From Camelus ferus (taxonomy: Eukaryota): 64,000 bases of DNA. Shown in pieces: positions 25,321-38,849 of the stretch (its first letter is position 1; each line of letters starts with the position of its first letter). The notes under the pieces are model-generated. The model was not told the DNA's origin. It did not search any database and saw nothing but the letters and a program-made list of their open reading frames with translations. Both the position numbers and the translations under genes were made by a program. Location of the stretch: assembly GCF_009834535.1 (NCBI RefSeq), contig NC_045697.1:93746001-93810000 (forward strand), written 5' to 3'.

Positions 25321-27479
25321 TCTTGTGATTGTGATTTTAGTGTAAATTTATAATATTTTCTTTTTTTATATATTGAAAAATTATGCAAAATATTATGCTT
25401 TCATAAATTTATTCTCATCTATTATATTACTAATTATGTTCATGCTATAAATAAAAATACATGTTCCACATTTTCTTCAAAATACTTACTAAGTAACATT
25501 ATCTCCTGGGTTGGTATGTTATTAAATATGAATGAATAATTTCAGTCCAGTCTAGTAAAGATTGTGAATCACTAGATTTCTCTTATTTTAGAATGATTAT
25601 CAATTTATGAATTACCTTGTATCTTTTTCTACATTTTAATCTTCACAAAATCTTTAAAACTCTAGATTCATTTTACCTAAGGCACAATTTTTTTTTGTCA
25701 ATGATAGTAAAATGGGATTCAATTTTAAAGCCATTAATCACTACTATCTTAGTTAAGTGCCTACCATATTTATTCTTGATATGTTGAAATAATACAATTT
25801 GCAAGAAATAAATAATAAGGATGTGGATGGAGACTAAACTATATGCATTTTGGATATGGACAAAAGCTGAGAGGCCCAGGTAGGAAGAATATATGAGTGT
25901 CCTCAGTGTCACTAAGGAGCATGGGTTTGTGTAGTGTCCTTGGCAGAGTCAGTGTTGGTGACCAGGTTGACAAACTCATACCACAGAAACAAATATGGCC
26001 ATACATATGTTGTAATTTTGTAAGCACAAAATCATCTTGAAAGCACTATATTTTTGCCAAACAAAAGCATTTTTAAAAATGGCTCTACACTAAAAATGTA
26101 TTCAAGGTTTTTTGAAAGTAAACACTGTCCAAAAAAATCACTGCTTATTAAATTCACCTAAAACATTATTATAGGATTTTTACAGTGCTGTTTTAAAGGA
26201 AGCTTTAGAAATTTAATAGACAGATTATGAAACAACAAAAACAAATTATGATTTATCAACGATACTAGACTTTTAAGCTGTACAACAAACTGCAGCCTTA
26301 CTGATAGTTTTGGAAGTTAGCAATTGCAGGAAGAAACAGCATAAAAGAAATTAATCATTCATCATTCTCCATTTTTCATGTTTATAAGTACATAAAATCC
26401 ACTAGCAACTGTTGCTGTCTTGATGTAATATTAAAAAAAATGCTTATGAATAAATTATGGTATGGTCAATTTTCAAAAGCCAGAATAATCAATCATTTAA
26501 AAATTATTAAACTCAAATTATATCTATTTTAAAATTGTCCATAGAGTTAAAATTTGTAGTGCAAGAAAGATAATTCACATTAAAGCAGATTAAAAATTAA
26601 ACATTTTGAAATGGGTAAACATAGATTGCATTAATCAGAGGATATATATCTAACAGCACAACCATCAAAAACATCCAGGAATCCTGGAAAAACTTGCACT
26701 TATTAAAAACAATACAAATACAGAGCATTGGAATGCATTTTTGAAGTATCAAACAATTTAAAAGGATTAAAAGCAATTTTAACTATTCACAAGGTAATTC
26801 AGAGTTATGTTAGCAACTTCAGAGAAGTGTTTTAATGTCTCAAACAGAAAAACTATCACTTACTGTTTAAAAGTAATAAACAATTTTACAACATTATGAA
26901 GAATTGAGAATTTTTTATAGTTATTTTCTAAAAAAACACAACTTACATTAGGAAGTTACTTAACAACAGAAATAAATTTCAAAAGAATTTCTACATCAAT
27001 AGAATTTCATATCCTATCATTTACTTTCATGGCAAAAAAGTCAGAGCTTATTAATCATGGCACTTGATTTTCACATCACCTTGTTTAAATAGGATACAAG
27101 TAATAGATTTCTACCTATAGACATAAATAGAGAAAAGTCAACATAAAAAACTGAACTGTACACATTCTTTTGTATCATCACATTTTTCTGGAAGCCTCAA
27201 TGAGTCAAAAATAGTAAAATTTTGTCAAATTATAGTAACAACTAATTGTCTTTTATTCAATAGCTAGATGTATACAATGCAACTGTCCTACCAATTAATT
27301 TATAATAATCATGTCAAATTTATACATAAACATGTGTTCTCTTCAAGTCTTATCCAAGGCCACCCACCTTTAATTGTGTAAACTACGCAAAAGCTAAACT
27401 AAACTAGAGTGGACTCTAGGATAGGCTGCATAGGTTTATGTAATGAACCAATTTATTTGTTTTGTGATATATACAAGTT

Positions 27480-27600
27480 AATTAGCCTGTCAGGTTTCTC
27501 ATTTGAGAATGAGGATAATAATTCACATATACATAACTTATAGCTTTGTTTGAAATTGTATGTCACTATTATGCATGGCAGATGGTAAACGTTTAATCTT
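27480..27600 (+). mobile_element. MIR SINE fragment
   Basis: CAGGTTTCTCATTTGAGAATGAGGATAATAAT core. Confidence 0.5.
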
Positions 27601-28039
27601 ATTACTTATAAGTGTCAACTTTTACAGTCCTTACAAATCATTAAGAAAGAAATCTTGGAAACATAAGCAAAGGGCATACAGGCAAGCAATTAAGAAATAA
27701 GGAAACGTAGAAACAAGAAAATTCTCTTTGATGAGACTGACAACATGAAAGACTAGAATTTCTATAGCCTTTTTGAAATTTGAAAGTTTTCTATTCCATT
27801 TTCTGCTACCCAAAAGCTTTGACCTGGTAATAATGCTCTTAAGAATCTATTTGGAATTAAACATATCTCCATGAGAGCTATATTTAAAGATGTTTACTGC
27901 AGTCTGTATTGATAAAAAGAAAAAAAATGAAATAAAGAGGAGAGAGAGAGGACAAAACTCAAAACAACTTAAGTGTGTGATAATAGAGAAATGGTTAGAA
28001 TAATTCATATATGCCCCATCGTTGGGCTTGAGCACATGT

Positions 28040-28255
28040 GATTTAGCTTAGCATCTTATACATCTGTCTTCTGCTCATATGTGAGAACAGTGTATCTCTG
28101 GGACTCAGCCTTCAGCCTGGATCACAGAATAAGGACACACATGGAACACTAAATGCCAAGTGACCTACAGCTGAGAGCAGAACTTCAGTTGACTGTAGCT
28201 TTCATGTAAAGTGAGTCAGAAGTAAGATTTGTTAATGGCATGAAACTAGAAATCA
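28040..28255 (+). mobile_element. Old MaLR LTR fragment (MLT1I/J-like)
   Basis: CCTTCAGCCTGGATCACAGAATAAGGACACACATGGAAC...CAGCTGAGAGCAGA. Confidence 0.45.
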
Positions 28256-28519
28256 ACCACAGAACCACAGAGGAGTTGTTCTAAGACACAGAGACTCAAT
28301 GGTTATTTACTTTTACTCCAGAGGCTAACAATCTACAATGGGATATCATAAGCCTATTGAAGTACTCAGAAATATGAATATGTAGTAACCGAGATACGAC
28401 AGACATGTGTGTTTGTGTGTGTGCTTATGCGTGTGTATGTATTTATAATGCACAACTCAGAGTACTCTCTAAATTTTGACATTTCTTTTAAAAACTTGTT
28501 TAACAAGTATTTAAAATAT

Positions 28520-28615
28520 TGTATAATAAAATAATATGGAGATATTTGATGACTCTCTGTACTTTCTGCTCAATTTTGTTGAGAACTTAAATTTTTTAAA
28601 AAATCTATTAAAATA
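28520..28615 (+). mobile_element. L1 3' terminus fragment (L1MB/MC-like)
   Basis: ACTCTCTGTACTTTCTGCTCAATTTTGTTGAGAACTTAAA...TCTATTAAAA. Confidence 0.6.
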
Positions 28616-30049
28616 ACAAACTATCATTATAGTGATTTCATATCATCATCATAAATCATTTTAAAAAACATACGAATAAATTTTCAAGTTAAAAATTTTG
28701 GATTGTTTATTTTTATCCATGAACTCCTCATTACATTCTTCTAGCCTATAGTACTTTACCTGCATATAATATATTTTTTGTTTATCATTTTTTGACCACT
28801 CTTGTCACACTACTTTATTAAAAAGTATTAAAATTGAAATTTAATATATTTAAAATTTTTCCTTGGTCTGTAAACTTCTAAGTAGTAAAACATCTTCAGA
28901 ACTGAATTATCATTATGGATATTGTTATTACAAGCTAATGAAAATATAACCAAATTACAGGCTGATTAAAATAATAAGTCCATGGATAAAATTACATGGG
29001 AAATACATCAGTAAATGGTCTTGATGGGATTGCTGTCTTTCAGTCATTTAATGTAGCCACAAAGAAATTTTACTTGTTACTAGAATGACATTGGTCAGCA
29101 AAAATTCAGGCACCAAAGAACAAAAAGTACAAGGCTTCTGATAACTGTAGGTTTAATAGAAGTCATTTTAATGATCCTTGTTTGATGTATTAGTTACCAT
29201 AGAAGAACATACTCTGTTAGGGCTATTTTAGTAAATAATGAATGGAATAAATAAGTGAAGAGAGGTAGTTGATGAGGGAAAGCCATTATCAAGATTTCTT
29301 CCCTTCACGTACTACTTCAGGATTCCCCTTAGGAGACACTGAAATCTGTTGCAATATTGGAGGTTGGAAAAGGCAACTTGCTCCTGCTCCCTCACTCTAT
29401 GGTGTGTGTGTATGTGTGTGTCAGAATATGCAAACAGAGGTCAAGATCGCCCATCTGTAAAGTCAAGCTTCCCTTTTAACAGTTGTAGGTATAACACAGG
29501 GAATGATTCATGCCTCACAGTAGTTTTTATGTTGGCTTTGAAGGGTAAGCTTCTAAAACACTGATCTTTAAAACTGTCCCTTTGTTTGAAGGTTTTACCT
29601 CTTGAGAAATGCACCAAATTAAATCTCAAGCAGAGTGAGAGGTAACGCTTTATTTAATAAGGTGGAGATAGGGTTACTCCTGAGGGCTTGCTCAAGCAGA
29701 GCGAAGTAGGAAAGGGTAAGTACAAATAGAAGCTGAAGATTTAAAAATGGATTCCCTCAAAGCTCTTCATGCTGGGATAAAGTCCTTGGAAAGACTTCTG
29801 AACCCCAGGGGTTCTCCCTAACCCAGTTTGAAAAACACTTAATGAAAAACAAGATCAATTTAATTGAAAATGGTGTAGCTGGAAACAAAACCTAGTACAC
29901 GATAGAGCACTAGAGGGAAGAGAATGTGAGAACATAGAAACATCAAGGGTGGAGAACTTCTTCCCAAGCATATTGGCTGTGAATTAAGAGTACAGAGATG
30001 TACTGGGGCAGGAAGAGTAGTATCAGAAGATGCTGAGGTCACCATTCAG

Positions 30050-30450
30050 TGTGTGAAATAGAAAATTACAAGGCTAATTTATTGTTTACTGTAGCAATAA
30101 AGAGTTATGCTCACAAGGCACAGTCTTTGAGTGGGAAGATTGCTGAGTTTATTATATGGCTATTGGTGGTCAAGATTTGATGAATTTTCTGGAATATGAG
30201 CAACTGGGTATCATCTGGAGAAGTTTAAGTTGGATGAGACTGTTCTTGATTGGTTGTCATATAGAGGCAAGTTTATTGGAGAGATACAGTCTTGATTGGA
30301 GGACATTCAGAGACAGTGGGATATTACAGCTCAAATGGCTTGCAAATCCCCTTAAGAGGCAAGGCGTCCTAGATCACTCAGACTGGTTCAAAGTCAGTTC
30401 TGGTGGATACTTGTTATCATGGCCATAGAGACAGCCTCAGTTTTAATAGG
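30050..30450 (-). mobile_element. ERV-type solo LTR (family unassigned)
   Basis: TGTGAAATAG start, TTTATT (reverse poly(A) signal) and repeated GATTGG (reverse CCAAT) boxes in LTR order. Confidence 0.45.
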
Positions 30451-30454
30451 TGCC

Positions 30455-30940
30455 ATCATATTTCTTTGCTTCTTTTCAGCAAAACCTCTCAAAGGAGTTG
30501 CCTACATCCACTGTCTCTAATTCCTCTCCTCCAATCTGTCTTACAATTTACTCCCTTCAGGATTTCCCCATCCCCCACCACAAAAGCTTTCATCAAGGCC
30601 ATGGGACCTCCATCGTGTTAAATCTGATGGGCATGTGAGTCTCAATCACACTAACGAGTTAGTGGCATTAGCACAGTCACTCCTCCCTCCTTCTTAATCA
30701 TTTTCTTCACTTTGCTTCCAAAACAACACAGTTTAAGTTTTCTTCTTACCTTTACATCCCTTCTGTCTCAGCTTTCTTTTGATAGCTCTCATTTTTATCC
30801 TTGGAGTCACCTAGTGCTCACTGCTTGAAACTCTATTTTATTTCAATACTCACTCCTTTAGTGATCTAATTCAGTCTACTGGTTTTAAATGCTATCTATA
30901 CCCTAACAATTCTCAATTTATATTTCCCCTGAATCTGACA
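30455..30940 (+). mobile_element. L2 LINE fragment
   Basis: CAGCAAAACCTCTCAAAGGAGTTGCCTACATCCACTGTCTC...CACTCCTTTAGTGATCTAATTCAGTC...; pyrimidine-rich L2 ORF2 signature. Confidence 0.7.
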
Positions 30941-33900
30941 CGTGTATCATATAATCATGTGCTCAGGGTGACTGGATGACAAAGGACTGATCGGCAGAAC
31001 CTCAGATACGTTTGTGTGGTAAACCTGAGCTATTTTTGGTGTGGTCAAAGGGCAGCTTCCTTCTGTGGAAACTCTTGGGGAAACAAAGTCCTTAGTGAAA
31101 TTTATTCATTTTGAACAGGGAAAAGTTAGAGATGTAGGGGAGTTGATGCTTCGTGAATAAGGAGGGCCTGTATGAGAGAATGGGATGCTAAAGATTTTGG
31201 CCAGAGAAAAAGGCAGAAGAAAGTAATTGGAGACGATCAGAGTAAAGAGTGAGGGCTTGAAATCTGTGTTGAGACTAAGGAAATGTCTTGACATATTTAG
31301 CTGTTTGTCAGCCTAACACATCTCAGTGACCTCTAGATGGTATAAACAGTCAGGTTACTCTGATTTCAGCTAGAGTCTCATTTCCCTTTGACCTTCAGGT
31401 TTGGAAGCCAGTGGGGTGTGGAGAGTGATTCTGGTGGCTGCTCAGCCAGTCAGGCCTGACAGGGGCTGGGATTTTGCTCTGTCCTCAGCTTTGTGGTTTT
31501 GGTGAGGTGTTTTCAAAAATATATAGAGTCTCATTTAAGAGTTTTGGAAACTAAAAAACCTACATTGTTTCCAAAGTGTTGGGTGGGGATCAAGTCCCAT
31601 TTACTTGGTCTCAGTTTCTACCTATGGCTAATAAAATCGATTTAAACGCACAAAAATTAAGGATAATCTACATGCAAAGTGTCAAACCTAAAAGCATGAC
31701 AATTTCTACTTTATCCCTTTATTTTTTGGTAATATATTAAAGGAAAGTGCCGGGGGAAGAATATGAGTAAATATACTAGGTCATATTTTTATTTTTCAGT
31801 CCTGAAAGAATTTGTTGGTCCATAGATAATTATATTTGAAAAATCAATGTTGTTTATCACGATGGTCACAAAATACACTTGCCCCCACATTATAGTGTTT
31901 AAAATATCACAAAGTATAAAATGTTTTAAAACGTAATGTCTGAAAATACATTATGTATATTATTAATATATAAAAATAGCACTAAAATTCTCCAGATTGA
32001 AATAAATATTCATGCTACATTTAATGTATGTTTGTATATTCTGTGTTTATTTTCCAGAAGAGAATTTTTCCTAAACTACTGAAATCTTTTTGCTACTATG
32101 TTTCAATCTTAAAAAAAAAAAAGGAAAGAAAAGAAAGTCAAAGTAAAGTGATCTTATTTCCAGCAAATTGTGAGTATGGCTGATTTTTTTTTTTAAATAA
32201 ATAAAATAAATGGTAACTATGGTAGATAACTTCAAAATATGAGATTTAATTTTTCTATTAAAATGACTAGTGTTTTTATAACAATTTTAAAATAAATTTC
32301 AACAACTTGGTATTCATCTTAGTTTTTCAGTTAGTATCTTTAAATCTATCTATACATCATATAAATATATCATCTGAGTCTTTTTTAAGAATAATTATAA
32401 AATATTTTATATTATCAATGTGTTCTATGTATTTAGTTTGTTTTGAGTATTAAAATTGCATACTATACTGGATCACTAGCGTCTAGCAGGGTAATGTAAT
32501 GGAAGTAACAGAAATAAAAATTAAATTTCCTATGTCCTCTTTTCCTTGTTATTTCTAAAATAATAGCTTGATCTTTGGCCTCTGACTAGGAGTGTCTACT
32601 CCACTCTGTTCAAAGATGTCTAATAATTCTTTAACTGGTTACAAAATATGCCATGACACAATTAAGAGTAAAAGACCCAGTAAGGACAAATTTGGGAAAG
32701 ATAAAACATATAGTCTTGAGCCAGAAAGGAAGTGAACTATTCCTTTCATAACTAGATAAGTGCTAGGGTTCTACTTAGCACCTAAGTAGAGAAAATTAAG
32801 GTTCAGAGGGGTTGCACAGATTCCTATAAGACCTTAACTGAACCCCACTTTTCATTCTGCAGTCCCATAGAGTAACAATGTTTCCTATAGTGTGACATCA
32901 AAGAATTTTACAAAAAGAACAAAAACGTGCATCTCAGTCTTCCCTCCTTTTTGATCTGGTTTCTGGTTGCCATGATACCGCCATAGAAAAATACATCGCG
33001 ATCCCTCACCCCATTGTCACAGCATCTTTGGATAAATCTGGATTGACTTCTCTTTCAATGGCCTTTTCTCTATCAGATGTACCTCAAACTCTCATCACAT
33101 TTAAGTGTGGTATCCTAACTCTCGTATTTCCAAATCGTTGTTTTTGGAGTTGGACTGTTCATATAAACCAATTAACTGATGCCTTATTTTGGGTAGGCTA
33201 TGCATACCATTTATTCCATGGGGCCACCACCATTTTTGCTGATTGTATATACTGTGCATTTATATATAGCAACTGCTTTTGCTTATCAAAATTCTGAAAA
33301 ACAATATAATACTTTTTTATTTGTAACAGCTTTTATATGCCAAGGGAAAGCCTTCAATTTATTCACATTTAACAAGCAAACGTGCTCTTTGTCTAAGAGC
33401 TTTCTGATGTCCAGAAAGCCTGTAGAGTCTTTTATTATGAGACTTTCTGGCCATGATTTTCCCAGAGAGTGAATTACACTTGCCAAGAAAAAGAGAAATC
33501 TCAGTTCTGAAAGACTCGACCTCAGCTTCAGACATGGAGCTCGTGTTGTTTTGATGAGCTCAAATCCTAGTGATGGAGCTTCCTGCAGAGGGTAATTTTT
33601 TATGTGCTTTTACTGTTTCTTAAGTCACCATGTCAGTAACTCTAAAGTTAAAATATTAAAGAATCTTTAAAAGTATGAAAAATTACTGATACAACAATAC
33701 TTCTATAAAGTCTTACTATGAAAGAATTCTCAGTAATGATTAGAAGGCTGCATCTATAGAATTTTATTGAAAATTTATGAATGTACTACATTCAAATTCT
33801 TATTTCTGCTCTTGAAATACAATAAAAGTTTAAGTAATTGAAATCTAGACCATCTAAATTACAAATTAATCTTAAAATTTGATTATGTTATTCATTCTGT

Positions 33901-34104
33901 TCTCATTTATGCAGAGGCATGTGTATAATTACTTTAGCAAATTTCCCCTTTGTATCAGTCTACTTATTAATTGCCTCACGGTGTTTCTCATTTGGAATAA
34001 CTCACTTTCATAATTTCTCAGCAATAAGACCTAGAAGTACACCAACAATTATTATATATAAATGTCTATCTTAATTACAACATTCATAATGATATTAATT
34101 TCTA

Positions 34105-34330
34105 TATTTATTCGGCATATACCATTTGCTGGGTCTTGAGCTAAATTTGTTAAGTGTATTAACTTATTTGATTCTTGACACAATCCTATGAATGAAATAC
34201 TACTATTATTTTTCTTTTATGGATGTGAAAACTGACTCTTAAAAAGTTTAAATCGATAGTCCCAAATTGTTCAATGATAAAATATTAGAATTGAGGTGTA
34301 AATTCAGATAGTTTTACTACAGATCACAAA
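34105..34330 (-). mobile_element. MIR SINE
   Basis: CTTATTTGATTCTTGACACAATCCTATG...TTTTATGGATGTGAAAACTGA, the reverse MIR core. Confidence 0.65.
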
Positions 34331-35499
34331 TTCAATAATATCATTCCTTTATCTTAAATAGGCCAGTAATGTGACATACTGAAGCGATTACTTAAGTAAT
34401 GTCTTTCATCATATCATCATGTATTATTTAACTCTTCATGCCCCCTTACTATATATTGGTGATTTAAATAGTGACATAAAGCTAAATGGGATGACAGAAA
34501 GTGCTCAGGTCAGACATCAGTCTTTTCTGACATTTCCCCATCTTTCTGAGTTTGAATTTTTTTTTAATCTTTGGAAAATAATATTGATCTTTTGACTATT
34601 TGAGAGGGTGACATTAGATAATGTAATCTATGAATTGTATATACATATTGCTTATGAAGCAGTCAACCTACAGGATACAGAAGTCCAAGTTACGTGAAAT
34701 AAAGGAATGGAAAGATAGGCAACAGTATATAAGTTAACAAAATCTTAGAATTTGTTTTCTGACTCATCTCTTCACTTTTCATATTTTGTCACTCTTATTC
34801 CATAACCTCCCATGAATAACCAAATTAAATCATTACTATTTGACAGTAAATTGCCAACACGCTGCCTCATCTCCCTGAATAGTTAAGTGGATGCCTTCCT
34901 TATCCTGCTAGGGCTCCGATACTCTACTCTGGGCAACACAATTCTCCCTGTCCACTGCCAGACATGAGGCAACCTTATGTTGTCCGAAATCTAGTGGTTT
35001 TTAGGACTTCATTGTTTATCAACGTAAGGGAAAGGAAAAGAAGAAAAAGGAGAATAATATCTCTCTGAATACAATAAATAAACCAATAAACAAATTCTGG
35101 TACAAATCAGGAGGTGATATATTTATTTATAGTAAAGCATGCTTGACTAACTCAATAAATTATATCTTCTTGAAATATTTGCATTTTATCAGAGAAGAAA
35201 AACTTTTTTTTAAAAAAAGAAATGAGTATCTTATACTGAATTTTATGAATTAGAAAACTGACAGAAGTTTTTCTCCAACTAATACTATTTCCTCTGAAGG
35301 AAGAGTTGTTAGATGTTGGGTATTTGGGACCTGCAGGTTTCCTGGACATTAAATCCTTAACGTAGCCATCTGTTTTTTTACATAAAAGATGATTCTGACT
35401 AAAAGCCATATGGTAAGACTTAAGAGTTTGGTGAAATAAAAATTCCATACATAAAAGAAGTAAAAGACAAGCTCAAGCTACCGTAGTCTACAGGACTTC

Positions 35500-35725
35500 G
35501 GGTAACTATCCGGACTTACGGACATTGTTCTAAGCAATTTGCATGCACTAACTAACTTAAGTTGTATAACAATCCTAGAAAATAAGCTATTTTCTCGTTA
35601 TACAAATAAAGAAACTGAGGCACAGATGTTATTACAATTGCCCTCAGGCTGTACACAACTAGTGGGTGGCAGACCTCAAATCCAAGCCCGGGCACCCCGC
35701 ACGGGTAACCGCCGCGCAACGCTGC
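35500..35725 (-). mobile_element. MIR SINE (unusually CpG-rich)
   Basis: TTATACAAATAAAGAAACTGAGGCACAGATGTTATTACAATTGCCC...ACAACTAGTGGGTGGCAGA, the reverse MIR core. Confidence 0.75.
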
Positions 35726-37939
35726 TTTTTGATAAGTCAGCAAACACAGTTACTGTTTTGTGCTGGATCAGAAACTTCTTTGATATCCCAGCAACTTTTT
35801 ATATTAGCAAAGCAAGTGCCAGAAACCTATAGGAATTACCATATATGGTAGTTTGTGTTATCAAATTGTAGAGTTTTCATCCTGCATCATCAGAAGTGCA
35901 CTTATCTGTGAACAGAGAAAATAGACCTTTACTCTTATCTATCCTTTTAAGGCAATAAATGTGATAAGATTTCTTTTCACTAGGGCAGCTTGCTTTTTTT
36001 TCCCTTTTCATAGAATACGTTAAAACTTGGCAGCTGTTTTTCCACTGACAACGCAGCTAATTCTGCTACTTTTCAGTAGAAAGGTGTGTGAATAGCAGTG
36101 TGTCAACCTAAACAAACAGTCAGTAGACAATCCCTTCCCCGATGAAGCTCTCGTTTAAATTACCTTTGGATATTTTTCTTCTCCAAGCAATTTGATTTTT
36201 GATTTAATCAATTTTCTGATCTGAATCAGGAAATATTTACTACCGTTAAAAATATAAAGAAGAAATATAACTAATGTTTTCATTATATGTATTTCCCTTA
36301 AATGCTCTCAACAATCTCAGGGCTATGTTAAATAATATATTAGTAGAAAGTGTACATAAAGAATAAGAATGTGTTTTTAATTTATTATAATACTATTCCT
36401 CCTTGTAGTATTCTTGAAAAATTTTTAAGATCTCCATCTATTTTTATTGAATATAATGACTTTCATCATCAGCAAAGCAATAAACCCCTCATCTACATAG
36501 TAGTCGTAAACTGCGAAGTTTCAGTGTTTAAGAAAGTGTGATAACATCTCTTGAGAAGATAATACCACTCATTCTATAGTGCATCTTGTCAGTGTCTCAA
36601 GGCAATTAAAAATAAATGGGAAAATACTGTTCTCAGGGAGTTTTTTTCACAGTTAGGTACATCCATTTCACAGTTGAAAGTATTGGCAACAGAATGAGAT
36701 TAGATAAGTTCCTAAAAATCCACGTTTTGCTAAGAATAGTCCATGCATTCTATAGACTGTTCATATTCTAATCACTAAATAATTCTTCCCTCCTTTTCTG
36801 TATAATTCAGTCTGTGAATTGATGTTTCTATGCACCGTTTTGCAGTGCAATACAAAATGTAGGAATGTCAGTGCTGGATCCTGCATTAAACTAAATCTTA
36901 GACAAAGGTTTGAGAAAACAAATTTCTAGTGTTGTCTCTACAGTTTTTTAGTAATATAACTCTAAGCAAGTATTTTGCATTTTAAAATCTTGATTTGAAA
37001 TAATAACCAAATTACTGATTTCCTTGCCACTGGCAAAAGGATTTTAGGAAAACAAACAGACTAAAAAGAATACAGAGTGAAACCATAATTATTATATATG
37101 TAGTTTATGATGGTGATAAATACAGTGAATATAACAATGATGATGATAGGGAAGCAATACATTTTATAAAGCTGATAAGTCACCTTCAAAAAATAATCTT
37201 TAAAATGTTTCTTATAACTTCTGGATATTTTATTAAAAGTTCAAAGAGTCATTATATTTGCCTTGTGTTAAATATATGATGATTCATTATTCCTGGAACT
37301 CTACACAATACAGATAAAAAACACATCACGTTTAATTATTTTCAAAACATAAAACTTAAAAAATTGAAACATAAAATAAAAGTAATGTGGCATGAATTGA
37401 GTTCTCTTAGACACCTAATACTTGTAAGAGTGGTTTCTTGATGAAAATGTGTTATTTCTATACACATAACTTCTCATAATTTTATCATCAATTTTATACA
37501 ATTTCTCAAAATTGGGCTCAGAGTTACTTCAAGTGGCACCATTCGTATATAGACAGTACATGGCTGCCAATAACACCAGCCTGTCTTTTAGGATCTTGGT
37601 ATGGTTATCACAAGCATAATTTTCAGTCTAATATGACAGACCCGTGTCTGTTCCAAAACCAGTTTGAAAATAAACTGAGCCAAGTTAAAAGAAAAGACAG
37701 GAAAAAAAGTGAGTTTAGCGCATAAACCATGACAGAAGCCAAATATCTGAATGCTCAATCATAAATAAAAATAACTTATTTCAAGAACAGTTAAGATGCT
37801 CTGTGTAATTTCACTAAGATTGTTATTGTGTGGGAAAAAACGGTAGAAATAATAATAAAATAATCCCCTACAGCTTTCATCATTAATGTTTCTTTTACAA
37901 GTGCATAGTGTGATGTCAGTGATGTCCCTATTTTTGTAT

Positions 37940-38840
37940 GAGGAACTCTAAAAGCCAGCCCATACACAAAATTAACTAAAAAAAAAAAAATTGGCAAAAC
38001 TGTCAGAAGCAACATCATCAGAGCCCTGGAAACTAATCAAAAACTTGTGGGGAGCACTTCCTCAGGAAAGAAAAACAAACAAACAAACAAACATGGAAAT
38101 CTCATTAAGAACAGTGAGGTTCGTTGTGTTTCAGCTTACCCTAGATCCACGCTCTCCTCCTTGGCTCAGCGGTAGCCTTGAAAGTAACAGCCTATGTTCC
38201 CAGTACTGCAGGCCAGTAGGCAAGGGGACGACATATTCAGACTGCTTAAAGAAAAGAAAAATCTGTGAGACATAAATTCTATATTTGTAAAAATGATCTT
38301 CCAGAGATGGGGGAGGAAGTAAGACAGTCTGAGATTAAAAAACAAACTGATACTTTCATTGCCAGTGTATATATAAAAAATGCTAAGAAACTAGGCAGAA
38401 ACTTGAAACCACATGAAAACATAAGGAACTCTAGTAAAGGTAAAGGTAACTACATAGGTAAAAATAAAAAATAGTACAACTGTATTTTTTCGTTTGTAGC
38501 TCTTCTTTTTTTTTCTTTTTTTTTTTTTAAAGGAAACTACATTAAAAATGTTTGTAAATATATGTTAATGGGCACACAACACATAAAGAAGTAATTTGTG
38601 TATTTAACAGCATAAGTGGAGTTATGTGGACACAAATATTTTTATGTTATTCTAATTAGTATTAGTATAAGCTAGATTATTATATATCAAATAGTTTTTG
38701 TAATCCCTGGGGAAACCACTAAGAAATGAATTCAAAATATGTAGTACAAAAAATGACCAGAGAATAGAAAAGGTACCCTAGGAAACAGCTACTTAACACA
38801 AAATAAGGCAGTTATGAAGGAACTGAGAAACAAAATATTG
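37940..38840 (+). mobile_element. Old L1M 5' end joined to an ORF1-end/inter-ORF fragment
   Basis: GGCAAAACTGTCAGAAGCAACATCATCAGAGCCCTGGAAACTAA (5' region), then AGTAAAGGTAACTACATAGGTAAA and GTAATCCCTGGGGAAACCACTAAG (inter-ORF). Confidence 0.65.
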
Positions 38841-38849
38841 GTATATGCT

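Noticed and set aside
25950..27400. A-rich region with faint hAT C-terminal-like words (EHWNAF, LKAILTI, SEKCF)
   Set aside because: Too degenerate to align by eye and no TIR or TSD found; needs a Dfam search
33530..33585. TGATGA-containing words as a C/D box snoRNA
   Set aside because: No properly placed CTGA D box with a terminal stem
35152..35448. 98-aa minus-strand ORF next to the CpG-rich MIR
   Set aside because: Non-ATG start, no recognisable domain, no convincing splice donor
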